Shown here piece after piece: positions 8,650-18,306 of a DNA stretch of 64,000 nt. The stretch spans positions 5,646 through 69,645 of the forward strand of contig JBFFIY010000004.1 in NCBI GenBank assembly GCA_041556195.1, in the 5' to 3' direction. Source of the stretch: Enterobacterales bacterium. Lineage in GTDB: Bacteria; Pseudomonadota; Gammaproteobacteria; Enterobacterales; GCA-002770795. Both the position numbers and the translations under genes were made by a program. Each line of letters starts with the position of its first letter. The first letter of the stretch is position 1. The notes under the pieces were generated by a model, which was given only the letters and a program-made list of their open reading frames with translations, did no database searches and was not told where the DNA came from.

Positions 8650-11600
8650 ATATCCCTTCAGATTTTGAAGCCAGGCAGAGAGCTTTAGATCTTCAAACAA
8701 GTTTCATTGTTCAAGCACCTGCGGGTTCAGGGAAAACCGGACTGTTGACTCAAAGATTCCTGGGTTTATTAACAACGGCAGATGATCCTGAGGAAGTTTT
8801 AGCGATCACCTTTACTCGCAAAGCTGCAGCTGAAATGAAACAACGGTTACTTGAAGCTTTAGAGAAGGCGCATTTCCCCGAGCCAGAGCCATCTTATGAA
8901 AAGGTGACGTGGCAACTAGCGAATAAAGTGCTGCAACGAGATCAACAATTAACCTGGTCTATTTTACAAAATCCATCAAGATTAAAAATAAAAACCATTG
9001 ATGGATTATGTGCCAGTCTGGTTCAGCAATTACCTGTTTTGTCAGGACTTGGAGGTAACCTTGGCACTACTGATAGTGCTAATCAATATTACCTACAGGC
9101 TGCAGAAAACATTGCACTGTTAATTCATGATGAAGATTTTGGACCAAAGCTAATGCCGCTGGTAGCGCATCTGGATGGTAATCTGAGAAAACTTCGAGAG
9201 TTATTAGCTGATATGCTGTCTAAACGTCTAAATTGGGGAGCGGTAGTTAATGATGTAGCCAGCCAGGAGCATTCAGAGCAGTTACTCGAACAGGCGTGGA
9301 CTGATTGGGTTTTTTGTCGAATTAATCGCCTGGCTGAGCAAATGGAGCCTTTACGCAATCAATTACAACCCTTGTGGCAGTATGCTTGTAATCAATTAGC
9401 TTTGGAAGAAGCTAACAATGTTCCTCAACATAATGCAGTAAGTTGGTCAGAGCTATCTAAACAGGGTTGGCCAGAGCCCTTTATGGAGTCATTATCAAGT
9501 TGGTCAAGCATGGCTAATTGGCTGTTAACAGTAACGGGCGAATGGCGAAAAACGGTTAATAAAAATCAAGGTTTTTTACCACAAAGTGCAGCAAATTCTT
9601 CTGATGAGAAACAACTATTTAAAGAAAAATCTCAGCAGATGAAACAGTTTTTACTTAACCTTAGAGAGCAAACGAATCAAGAAACAGAATCACTAAGAAT
9701 TTTATTACAGGAAGTAGCAAAACTACCCAATCCTGAATTTTCACAAGAGCACACTGAGTTGCTTGACTCATTGATGCTTGCATTACAGCTATCACTTGCC
9801 GAGCTATGGATTTTATTTAAGCAACAAGGTGAATTGGATTTTCAAGAAGTCTCTTTAAGAGCACAGCTCTCACTCGGTGAGATTGACCAACCTACGGATT
9901 TAACGTTACGATTAGATTATCAAATTAAACATATTTTAGTGGACGAGTTTCAGGATACCTCACAGGACCAAAGGCAACTATTAAAATTACTCACCGCAGG
10001 TTGGCAATTTGATGATGGGAGAACCTTGTTTTTGGTGGGTGATCCTATGCAATCCATCTACCGTTTCAGATCGGCAGAGGTGAGTATCTTCCTTGAAACC
10101 TGGCAACAACAACAACTCGGACAGATCGCCCTTGAACCTTTGTCGTTAACGGCTAATTTTCGTTCACAAAAAAATTTAGTGGAATGGGTTAATGGGGCCT
10201 TCCAAAAGATTTTTCCTAAACAAAATGATGAGCAACTGTCAGCGGTTTGTTATGCAAGATCTGAAGCCATGCGTGATCCTATAGACATAAATGCGGTTTC
10301 TGTTTTCCCTCAGGCTGGTAGAGATGATGAACAGGAGGCTCTTTGGATCCTGGGTCAGATCCAACATGTATTACAAAATAAGCCTGATGATAGCATGGCA
10401 ATATTGGTTAGAAATAAAAGTCATCTTTCCATGATTGCTCCTTTATTGCGCCAACATAAAATTGCTTTTGAAGCAGTTGATGTTGAACCGTTAGATTTAA
10501 AACCTGTGGTGCAGGATCTATTCAGTTTAACCGCAGCATTATCTGATCCTGCTGATCGAATACATTGGTTGGCTTTGTTGCGAGCTCCCTGGTGTGGCCT
10601 AACTCTGAAAGACATAACCATGTTAACTTCCCATACTGAAAGACTCATTCCAGATTTGTTAATTGATAAGAAATTACATAAACAGCTTTCAGATGACGGA
10701 CAAATTCGGCTATTAAAAATGGCAGAATTTGCTGAACAATGGTTGAATGAAAGGGGACAGAAACCTGTTCCTGAATGGGTGGAGTCCGCATGGATGAACT
10801 TATCTGGCCCAGCCACCACAAACCCACAGGGATTAGAAGATGCACAGGCTTTTCTGGCTTTATTGAGGCAGTTCATTCAAAAAACTCAAACCACAGGCAT
10901 ATCGCTTGATTTATTTAGAGAGTCGCTTTCACGGTTATTTGCACAGCCGGAAAAAGGTGGAAAAAATCCAATTTATCTAATGACCATGCATAAATCTAAA
11001 GGTTTGGAATTCGATCATGTTTTTTTACCGGGACTTGGCCGTTCAGCCAGAGCAGAGGACCAACCTTTACTTGGTTGGTTACAATGGCCAAAATCTGATG
11101 GAGAATATGATTTGTTAATGGCTCCAATCAAAGGACCCGGTGAAAAACAAAATGCATTTTATAATGTGATCTATGAAATACGCAAAGCTCAGTCAGTATT
11201 CGAAGTGCAGCGTTTACTTTATGTTGCAACGACTCGAGCGGTTAAACAGTTGTATTTATCGGGGCATATTAAAAATACTGATACTGATAAACCACCAGCC
11301 AATTCTTTGCTTTCCATTTTATGGCCAGTTATATCTGAAAAGTTTAATAAGCTATCTGATGAAGATAGAGCTACACAGATGGCTAATGAATTAGAAAATC
11401 TGGTGATTGAACGTCGACTTCTGACACGTTTAGATAGTAACTGGCAACCTCCAGCAGTGGAAGAGAATTTTATTGATGATCAAAATTTAAAACAAAAAGA
11501 TAATTTGATAAGGGAAGATGTTGAATTCTCCTGGGCAGGGGAGCGATCACGAGTTGTGGGGGTGATTGCACACCGATTATTTCAATGGATTGCAGATTTT

Positions 11601-12173
11601 TCCAAGTTTAATGGGTATGAAAAAAACAGTCATCTACCCAACGATGAGCTTCAGTTTATTCCGTGGTTTAATAAACTTACACCTCTACTCACACAACAAA
11701 TAATGCAGGAGGGGTTAACAGGAGAACAAGCAACTCTGGCAATGAAAAATCTGCAAATGATATTGCGCAATAGCATGACAAGTAAAATAGGTCGTTGGAT
11801 CCTGGATCCAGGACATAAAGACCCAAAGAATGAATGGGCATTGACTCTAAAGGAACGGGGAGAAATTAATCATTTGGTCATTGACCGAAGTTTTATTGAA
11901 CAAAACGCTATTAATCAAAGTTCTGCTGATCAAGGTTTTGCCGATAAAAGTTCTTTAGGTCAAACAGATGTCCGCTGGATCATTGATTATAAAACAGGCT
12001 CTCATCAGGGAGGTGATTTAGAGGGATTTTTGGAGTCAGAATTACAACGTTATAAACCTCAACTTGAGCGTTATGGTCGAGCAGTTTCTAATATGGAAAA
12101 TAATCCAATAAAATTAGGTTTATACTTCCCAGCTATCAATGAATGGATAACATGGGATTTACCAGCTTGTTAA
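8646..12173 (+). CDS. addA: AddA-type UvrD/Rep-family helicase with C-terminal PD-(D/E)XK nuclease
   Basis: 1175 aa. Motifs: Walker A APAGSGKTG, motif II ILVDEFQDTSQ, MTMHKSKGLEF, YVATTRA, and a C-terminal nuclease motif RWIIDYKTG. Confidence 0.8.
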   Translation: MNIPSDFEARQRALDLQTSFIVQAPAGSGKTGLLTQRFLGLLTTADDPEEVLAITFTRKAAAEMKQRLLEALEKAHFPEPEPSYEKVTWQLANKVLQRDQQLTWSILQNPSRLKIKTIDGLCASLVQQLPVLSGLGGNLGTTDSANQYYLQAAENIALLIHDEDFGPKLMPLVAHLDGNLRKLRELLADMLSKRLNWGAVVNDVASQEHSEQLLEQAWTDWVFCRINRLAEQMEPLRNQLQPLWQYACNQLALEEANNVPQHNAVSWSELSKQGWPEPFMESLSSWSSMANWLLTVTGEWRKTVNKNQGFLPQSAANSSDEKQLFKEKSQQMKQFLLNLREQTNQETESLRILLQEVAKLPNPEFSQEHTELLDSLMLALQLSLAELWILFKQQGELDFQEVSLRAQLSLGEIDQPTDLTLRLDYQIKHILVDEFQDTSQDQRQLLKLLTAGWQFDDGRTLFLVGDPMQSIYRFRSAEVSIFLETWQQQQLGQIALEPLSLTANFRSQKNLVEWVNGAFQKIFPKQNDEQLSAVCYARSEAMRDPIDINAVSVFPQAGRDDEQEALWILGQIQHVLQNKPDDSMAILVRNKSHLSMIAPLLRQHKIAFEAVDVEPLDLKPVVQDLFSLTAALSDPADRIHWLALLRAPWCGLTLKDITMLTSHTERLIPDLLIDKKLHKQLSDDGQIRLLKMAEFAEQWLNERGQKPVPEWVESAWMNLSGPATTNPQGLEDAQAFLALLRQFIQKTQTTGISLDLFRESLSRLFAQPEKGGKNPIYLMTMHKSKGLEFDHVFLPGLGRSARAEDQPLLGWLQWPKSDGEYDLLMAPIKGPGEKQNAFYNVIYEIRKAQSVFEVQRLLYVATTRAVKQLYLSGHIKNTDTDKPPANSLLSILWPVISEKFNKLSDEDRATQMANELENLVIERRLLTRLDSNWQPPAVEENFIDDQNLKQKDNLIREDVEFSWAGERSRVVGVIAHRLFQWIADFSKFNGYEKNSHLPNDELQFIPWFNKLTPLLTQQIMQEGLTGEQATLAMKNLQMILRNSMTSKIGRWILDPGHKDPKNEWALTLKERGEINHLVIDRSFIEQNAINQSSADQGFADKSSLGQTDVRWIIDYKTGSHQGGDLEGFLESELQRYKPQLERYGRAVSNMENNPIKLGLYFPAINEWITWDLPAC

Positions 12174-12217
12174 ATTTCTCAAGCTTTATACTGAACTCAT
12201 TTGAGTAAAAATTATAT

Positions 12218-13480
12218 ATGTTAGAAAAACAAACTATTCGGCAATTATTCCAACGTGAGCTGTGGAGCTGGTCTCTCGTTTCTTTTGCACTGGCTGTTAT
12301 TGAAGGCGGTGTAGCTGGTGTTTTGGTGAACTTGATTTTTAAGGGGCAAGTGAGTGATTTCTGGTTGAGTCAGGCTGTAGCAATTACCGCCGGTGCCCCC
12401 GCTATTGCTAACTTAAGTAGTCCACTATGGGCCAAAATAGAGCAGGGCAAAGATAAGGTAAAACTGGTTTATCTGTTAAACCTGGGCAGTTCGACTTGTT
12501 TGATGTTATTTATTCTGGCACCTATTAATCCTATAGGTATGTGGATGATGGTGACGGGGGCGTTATTAGGACGAATATGCTGGTCAGGTGTGTTAACGGT
12601 TCGTTCAGCTTTATGGAGAGCCAATTACCCCAGGTATCTTCGAGCTAAAATTACCGCTAGTCTGGCCTTACCTATGTCTCTGATCCTTGCTGGAACGGGT
12701 TCATTAATCGGCTGGGTGAGTCAGAACTCAATAGAAAATATTCGCTTGCTGTATATCCTGTTGATGCTATTAGGCGTGACAGGTGCGTTTTATTATCGGC
12801 ATTTGCAAATCAGAGGGGCTAAAACTTTAGCTGAGTCTGAAAACAATCTAAAAGCTGAAGAGGGTCAATTTAGTTGGACGATGTTATTCAACATTCTCAA
12901 ACAGGACAAACCCTATCGGCAATATATGTTTACCATGTTTATTTTTGGTTCTGGCAACCTGATGTTTATGGCACCGCTCATACTCATCATTAACGAACAG
13001 CTACATATACCACAATGGCAACAGATCATGATGACATCTTCTCTTCCTCTTGCTGTTTTGCCTTTGACCATTGGTTTATGGGCTAAAAAGTTAAACCGAT
13101 TACATGTGGTTCAATACAGAGCATTTCATAGTTGGAGTTTTGTTTTAGCCATCGGTCTATTTGCTATTGCCAGTGCTTTACAACTACCAGCTTTGTTATG
13201 GCCGGCATCCTTTATGTTTGGAACTGCTGTGGCGGGTGCCGTGCTAGGTTGGAATCTGGGACATCATGATTTCACCACACCAGAGAGAGCATCGCAATAT
13301 ATGGCCGTACATGTAACTTTAACTGGCGTAAGAGGTCTTATTATGCCGATTTTAGGAGTTAACCTCTATCAGGCATTAAATGCTTTAAGCCCGGAATTAG
13401 GACGCTACAGTTTGTTTTTACCCTTAACATTAAGTTTTATTGGTGCAATGGCATTTGTCAGGTTATCTAAAAAGTCTTAA
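12218..13480 (+). CDS. Polytopic membrane transporter, probably MFS-type
   Basis: 420 aa with about 12 hydrophobic segments split by a central hydrophilic loop. I recognise no diagnostic motif. Confidence 0.5.
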   Translation: MLEKQTIRQLFQRELWSWSLVSFALAVIEGGVAGVLVNLIFKGQVSDFWLSQAVAITAGAPAIANLSSPLWAKIEQGKDKVKLVYLLNLGSSTCLMLFILAPINPIGMWMMVTGALLGRICWSGVLTVRSALWRANYPRYLRAKITASLALPMSLILAGTGSLIGWVSQNSIENIRLLYILLMLLGVTGAFYYRHLQIRGAKTLAESENNLKAEEGQFSWTMLFNILKQDKPYRQYMFTMFIFGSGNLMFMAPLILIINEQLHIPQWQQIMMTSSLPLAVLPLTIGLWAKKLNRLHVVQYRAFHSWSFVLAIGLFAIASALQLPALLWPASFMFGTAVAGAVLGWNLGHHDFTTPERASQYMAVHVTLTGVRGLIMPILGVNLYQALNALSPELGRYSLFLPLTLSFIGAMAFVRLSKKS

Positions 13481-13569
13481 GCTGGTTGAGAAATAACTGA
13501 CTAGCGACTAAAGTTATAGGAGTTTCGAGTATCGAGTTTTGAGATTTTACTTATTAATAAAGGTATTTT

Positions 13570-13971
13570 ATGGAAATCCCTGTTACCACATTATTTGTTG
13601 CTATTATGGCTTTATTTATTCTCTATCTGGCTTATAGAGTGGCAAGTTCCAGGCGTACACATAAGGTTGGTGTGGGAGATGGCGGTAATCGCGAAATGAA
13701 AGTTGCAGTGAGATGCCATGCTAACGCTGTTGAATATTGTCCAATTATTTTGTTATTACTACTGGTAGCAGAATTAAATAAAGTTCCTGCTACATGGCTT
13801 TACATTGCAGGAGGTGTATTAGTTGTTTCCAGACTAATGCATGCCTGGGGTATGACAAAAACTCAGGGGAACTATTCTCCCGGACGTTTTTATGGCATTT
13901 TGGGTACATGGTTGGTATTGATTTTTTTGGCGGGTTTAAATCTATCAATTTACTTTGGTATTCAATATTAA
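13570..13971 (+). CDS. MAPEG-family membrane protein (YecN-like)
   Basis: 133 aa with 3-4 transmembrane segments. VGVGDGGN...RCHANAVEYCPIILLLL..AE resembles YecN/MAPEG. Confidence 0.7.
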   Translation: MEIPVTTLFVAIMALFILYLAYRVASSRRTHKVGVGDGGNREMKVAVRCHANAVEYCPIILLLLLVAELNKVPATWLYIAGGVLVVSRLMHAWGMTKTQGNYSPGRFYGILGTWLVLIFLAGLNLSIYFGIQY

Positions 13972-14000
13972 GAGTTAAGAGAATTTAATGGGCTATTTAA

Positions 14001-15533
14001 ATGTCTAACAAAAAAGTAATCACCGTGTTTGTTCATGGCTGGAGTGTGACCAATACTGAAATCTATGGTGAATTGCCTTTGCGTCTGGTAAAAACAGCTA
14101 AGAAATATCAATTAGAAATAGAAATTAAAGAAATATTTTTAGGACGTTATATTAGCTTTCAGGATGAAGTTACTATTGATGATATCTCCGTTGCTTTTCA
14201 GGCTGCCATCAACGAGCAACTTAAACCATTTATAGAAGCAGGTGAGCGGTTTGTCTGCATTACTCATTCAACTGGCGGCCCAATTGTTAGAAATTGGTGG
14301 CAGCGGTATTACGCAAGTCCTTCATCGAAAAAACGCTGCCCTATGAGCCACCTGATTATGCTGGCTCCTGCTAGTTTCGGTTCTTCATTAGTACGCCTGG
14401 GCAAGAGACAACTTAGTCGTTTGAAATCATGGATTGAAGGATCTGAACCTGGAACCAATGTATTAAACTGGTTAGCACTTGGCAGTGAACAGGCCTGGGA
14501 TTTAAATAAACAATGGATCCGTTCTAATGGCCGTCAAATTGGTAAAAATGGTTTTTTTCCTTTTATCCTGACGGGACAAACTATTGACCGCTCATTGTAT
14601 GATTTTTTAAATAGTTATACGGGAGAGATGGGAAGTGATGGCGTCATTCGTGTGGCTTCGGCAAATTTAAATGCCAGATATATCAGATTAGAACAAACAC
14701 CGGATCCTGATGAAAAAGGAGAATGTTCCTTTGCCTTACTTGAGCTTATTGAAACGGCTGATGCAGCGCAAATACCTTTTAGAATATTAAAGGGAAAATC
14801 CCATTCTGGAGAAACCAGGGGAATTATGCGTAGCGTCAAAAACAATAATTCTGATAAAAAAAGTGAACAAACTTTGGCGGCCATTATTGATTGTATTTGT
14901 GTGACTAACAAAAAGGAATTCAATCAGCTTATTAAATTTTTTAAACAACAAACTCAAAAAGTACAATTACAAGAAAAAGTAGAAACAGAAAAAAACATCT
15001 TTCCAGAAGATACCTGTTTTATTCATGATACTTTTACTCAAGTTATTTTCAGAGTCAGAGACAACGAAGGGCGAGCCGTTGAAGACTACGATCTTATACT
15101 TACCGCAGGGGATGCAGATGATCCTAATCATCTGCCTCAGGGGTTTTGTGTTGATCGCCAGAGAAATCCAACTAATAGAGAAATTTTAACCTATTATTTA
15201 AACAATGATGTTATGCGTGGAAGTTCTGCCATTACAAATGAACAGGGAGAAGTAATCAGAAAACAAATCGAACCAACATGTAAGTTAGGTTTTAAAATTT
15301 TCCCACGTCCCGATGAAGGATATGTACATTATTTACCATGTCATCATGAAGCATCAGCAGATATTCTTGATGCGGTTTTGTTGCCTAATGCAACAGTTAT
15401 GATTGATGTCATCTTACAACGAGTGGTGAGCAGCAACCTGTTTGGTCTATATCATGTCAAAAATAATAAAATACCTTCAGGAAAACATGGATCTTTTCGT
15501 GAACAAAAACCAACGAAGAAAATCATTTTCTAG
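14001..15533 (+). CDS. Alpha/beta-hydrolase (lipase/esterase-like) with an uncharacterised ~250-aa C-terminal domain
   Basis: VFVHGWS followed by a nucleophile elbow ITHSTGGP (a GxSxG variant). I do not recognise the C-terminal half. Confidence 0.55.
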   Translation: MSNKKVITVFVHGWSVTNTEIYGELPLRLVKTAKKYQLEIEIKEIFLGRYISFQDEVTIDDISVAFQAAINEQLKPFIEAGERFVCITHSTGGPIVRNWWQRYYASPSSKKRCPMSHLIMLAPASFGSSLVRLGKRQLSRLKSWIEGSEPGTNVLNWLALGSEQAWDLNKQWIRSNGRQIGKNGFFPFILTGQTIDRSLYDFLNSYTGEMGSDGVIRVASANLNARYIRLEQTPDPDEKGECSFALLELIETADAAQIPFRILKGKSHSGETRGIMRSVKNNNSDKKSEQTLAAIIDCICVTNKKEFNQLIKFFKQQTQKVQLQEKVETEKNIFPEDTCFIHDTFTQVIFRVRDNEGRAVEDYDLILTAGDADDPNHLPQGFCVDRQRNPTNREILTYYLNNDVMRGSSAITNEQGEVIRKQIEPTCKLGFKIFPRPDEGYVHYLPCHHEASADILDAVLLPNATVMIDVILQRVVSSNLFGLYHVKNNKIPSGKHGSFREQKPTKKIIF

Positions 15534-15656
15534 AAGTTGAGATAACTTAAAAGTTTCATAGAAATTTACGACTGAGATTACACCGGAGTTTTCTCGTAAA
15601 GAAAGTAGTGAGGAATGGTGAAAATTATATGTTAAAATCAAAGAAGGGCAAATAAT

Positions 15657-16376
15657 ATGTGGAATTCTCAAATAATAAACTTAAAAAAAAATAATCTTAT
15701 CTTGCTGATAATTATATGTTTGTTTTTTTGTTCGGGAGCGGTGATGGCTGATAGTCTCTGGAAATTAAAAAAAGACAAAAAAGACATACAGGTTTATACC
15801 AAACAGGTGGAAGGTTCACCTTATAAGGCAGTTAAAACAACAACGCTCATAAAGAATACAAAATTGGCGTCAATGGTTGCATTAATTTTAGATGCGAAAG
15901 CTTGTAAAGACTGGGCACCAAAATGTGCAGAATCCTATATTATTAAGCAAATATCTAACACAGAATCCTACGTATATACCCATAACTCCATGCCTTTTCC
16001 GGTAACTGATCGAGACGTTGTATCTCTTGTTAAATGGCACCAAAACCCCAAAACTTATGAAGTTACTATGAATAGTACCGCTACCGCAGATATAAAAGAA
16101 AAAGTAAAGCGTAGACTTCGTTTGAAAGAAGCAACGGTCAGTTGGACATTTAAACCATTAGCAACAGGTGGCATAGAAGTAACTAACCAGGCTCATATCA
16201 ACCCTGGCTCAAACTTACCAGGCTGGATCACCAACATGCTTCTGGTGAGCACTCCTTTTAATACTATGAAAGCTTTCGCTAAAGAAGTGGCTAAACCAAA
16301 ATACCGCGATGCCTCGGTTGATTTTATTAAAGAACAGCCTGAGAATGAGGTTGAACCTACGGAAAAGAATAAATAA
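15657..16376 (+). CDS. Secreted START-domain (lipid-binding) protein
   Basis: A signal peptide (LILLIIICLFFCSGAVMA/DS) precedes a START-like core (W.L...KDIQVYTK...YKAVK ... MPFPVTDRDVV ... NLPGWITN). Confidence 0.6.
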   Translation: MWNSQIINLKKNNLILLIIICLFFCSGAVMADSLWKLKKDKKDIQVYTKQVEGSPYKAVKTTTLIKNTKLASMVALILDAKACKDWAPKCAESYIIKQISNTESYVYTHNSMPFPVTDRDVVSLVKWHQNPKTYEVTMNSTATADIKEKVKRRLRLKEATVSWTFKPLATGGIEVTNQAHINPGSNLPGWITNMLLVSTPFNTMKAFAKEVAKPKYRDASVDFIKEQPENEVEPTEKNK

Positions 16377-16596
16377 CCTGTTTTTATCCCGAGTTCAGGT
16401 TAAATAAAAAATCTCATATCATAGCCTGTGTTTTAAGGGAACCGGGCTGTTTAATATATGCTACAGGGGCGATAATCAGGATCTTTAGATAACTCAATGG
16501 CTTTATCAGTGATATATTGAATAGTAGAATTTTCACCATCTGTTTTTATTTTATTAATGTAATCTTAAAACAAATTTTCATCACTATACATTAAAT

Positions 16597-17739
16597 TCAT
16601 TGACCCGAAACCGATTTAACCCCTGTTTGAAATTTATAAATCTGAAATGGTGCATGTTTACCTTGTGTGCTCAATCCTATAACCTGATGCAGGCTGGAGC
16701 AACTAACATAGAGCCAATCATCTTTGCCAAAACTATAACCATCAGGCCAGCGTAATTTATTATTTTTCAATAGAGTTTCTATTTGTCCTGTTGGATCCAT
16801 GCGGATAATGGCTGAATGTTCCAGATCGGAAAGGTAAATATTGCCTTCCAGATCGGTTGTCATGCCATCTGTCATGGTTTTTTCCCCAACAATTTCAATA
16901 AAAGTCTCAAGTTCTGTGTCAGTTAGATTGGGATCAGATAGTTTGTCTCTGTTAATTCGATAGAGTTTGTCACTTGAAATCGCCGCATAATAGAGCCATT
17001 GGTCGTCTCTGCTTAACGTAATGCCATCAACACCAGGGTTGATGCTAAATAATCCATAGGCTGTCATGGGACGACCTTGTACAACGGGGACGAATGCTTC
17101 TGCGACAGTGCTTTTGTGCCTGATCAGACGTTTCCAGGCTTTACGTTGTTCTATGTCGTAAACAACGAGGGCAGGTTTTTTATTAAATAGACCGTCATCA
17201 CTGATATAAATAAATTTCAGATCAGCAGATATATTAAAATCGTTGGCATGAGACAGAAAACCAAAGACATCAGTATCAAAAATATAATCCTGTACAAATT
17301 TTTCTTCATTGAGATCATATTCAATTAAACGTGCTGGTTTATTGTCTAAAATCCATAGATGATTTTGAAGATCTATACGTACGGAATAAGCATTTTTAAT
17401 TGGTTTAATATTAGCATCAATATAGGTTTGTGCTGAAGGCCAGGAAGTCGCCTTGCCATTGACCAGTTTTGCCAGATTATATGGAGGTTTCCCTTCCGGG
17501 TGAAAAGTAAAATACACTTGTCCATTGCGGGTAACTGCTAAATTAGCAGGAGGATAGGGCAGATCTGCTACCAGTTGTAAATTTTCTATCGGTAATAGAG
17601 GTTTTCCGCTGCGATCAGGAAAAAGTGCAGATTCTACATAAAATACTCTCATTATTATGACAAATACTATCGTTATGAAGAAAATCGCGAGAAATAAGGT
17701 CGAAATGAACAACTTTATTTTCTTAGTATTGATGTTCAT
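16597..17739 (-). CDS. Membrane-anchored beta-propeller protein, major royal jelly/yellow-like (or SMP-30/strictosidine-synthase-like)
   Basis: An N-terminal transmembrane anchor is followed by repeated propeller-like segments (VRIDLQNHLWILDN; DGITLSRDDQWLYYAAISSDKLYRI; TDLEGNIYLSDLEHSAIIRMD). Confidence 0.45.
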   Translation of the reverse strand: MNINTKKIKLFISTLFLAIFFITIVFVIIMRVFYVESALFPDRSGKPLLPIENLQLVADLPYPPANLAVTRNGQVYFTFHPEGKPPYNLAKLVNGKATSWPSAQTYIDANIKPIKNAYSVRIDLQNHLWILDNKPARLIEYDLNEEKFVQDYIFDTDVFGFLSHANDFNISADLKFIYISDDGLFNKKPALVVYDIEQRKAWKRLIRHKSTVAEAFVPVVQGRPMTAYGLFSINPGVDGITLSRDDQWLYYAAISSDKLYRINRDKLSDPNLTDTELETFIEIVGEKTMTDGMTTDLEGNIYLSDLEHSAIIRMDPTGQIETLLKNNKLRWPDGYSFGKDDWLYVSCSSLHQVIGLSTQGKHAPFQIYKFQTGVKSVSGQ

Positions 17740-17874
17740 ACTATATTGGTCTATTTTATTTAATCAGGTATAGATGATATTACCTGATTTTTAAGGCAAA
17801 CGTAAAAATAAGTAATTTTTAAACCAGTCTACGGATTGACCAAAATCTTAATTTCAAGAAAGAGGTGAATTCTT

Positions 17875-18282
17875 GTGTCTGATAAGATGAATATATCAAC
17901 AAATCAACCAAACTGGTTAGTTGAATGGCGAGAAGATGCGGGTTATATATGGGTACAATCTAATGGTTATTTGTCCGCTATTGATTTTTTAGAGTTGGGA
18001 AAAACCGCGATAAAGTTAAGTGCCAATAATGCTTGCAACCGAATATTAATTGACCATAAAAAAATGACAACGGATTTGTCTATCTCAGGTTTACTTGACT
18101 TTCCCACTAACATAGAAGCAGAAGGTTTTATCATTACCAGTGTCATTGCCGCTGTGTTACCAGAAGATGAAGACTCTGCTGAATTTATCAGGATTTTTGC
18201 AGCGGGTGCTGTTGCCAGGGGCCACCGATATAAATTATTCAAGTGCACTGAACGAGCACTTGAGTGGTTATTGGATCAGTAG
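17875..18282 (+). CDS. Hypothetical protein (possibly STAS/SpoIIAA-like fold)
   Basis: 135 aa with a GTG start after AAGAGGTG. I recognise no motif. Confidence 0.3.
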   Translation: MSDKMNISTNQPNWLVEWREDAGYIWVQSNGYLSAIDFLELGKTAIKLSANNACNRILIDHKKMTTDLSISGLLDFPTNIEAEGFIITSVIAAVLPEDEDSAEFIRIFAAGAVARGHRYKLFKCTERALEWLLDQ

Positions 18283-18306
18283 TTCTGTTATCAATCCTGG
18301 AGCCTC

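Noticed and set aside
10421-10876. 151-aa antisense ORF inside addA, and similar antisense or alternate-frame ORFs inside pomA/pomB, the NRPS, feoB, SNF2, the TPR protein and others
   Set aside because: Each lies entirely within a strongly supported gene on the opposite strand or in another frame. They have Cys/Ser/Phe-rich, low-complexity translations and lack ribosome-binding sites.
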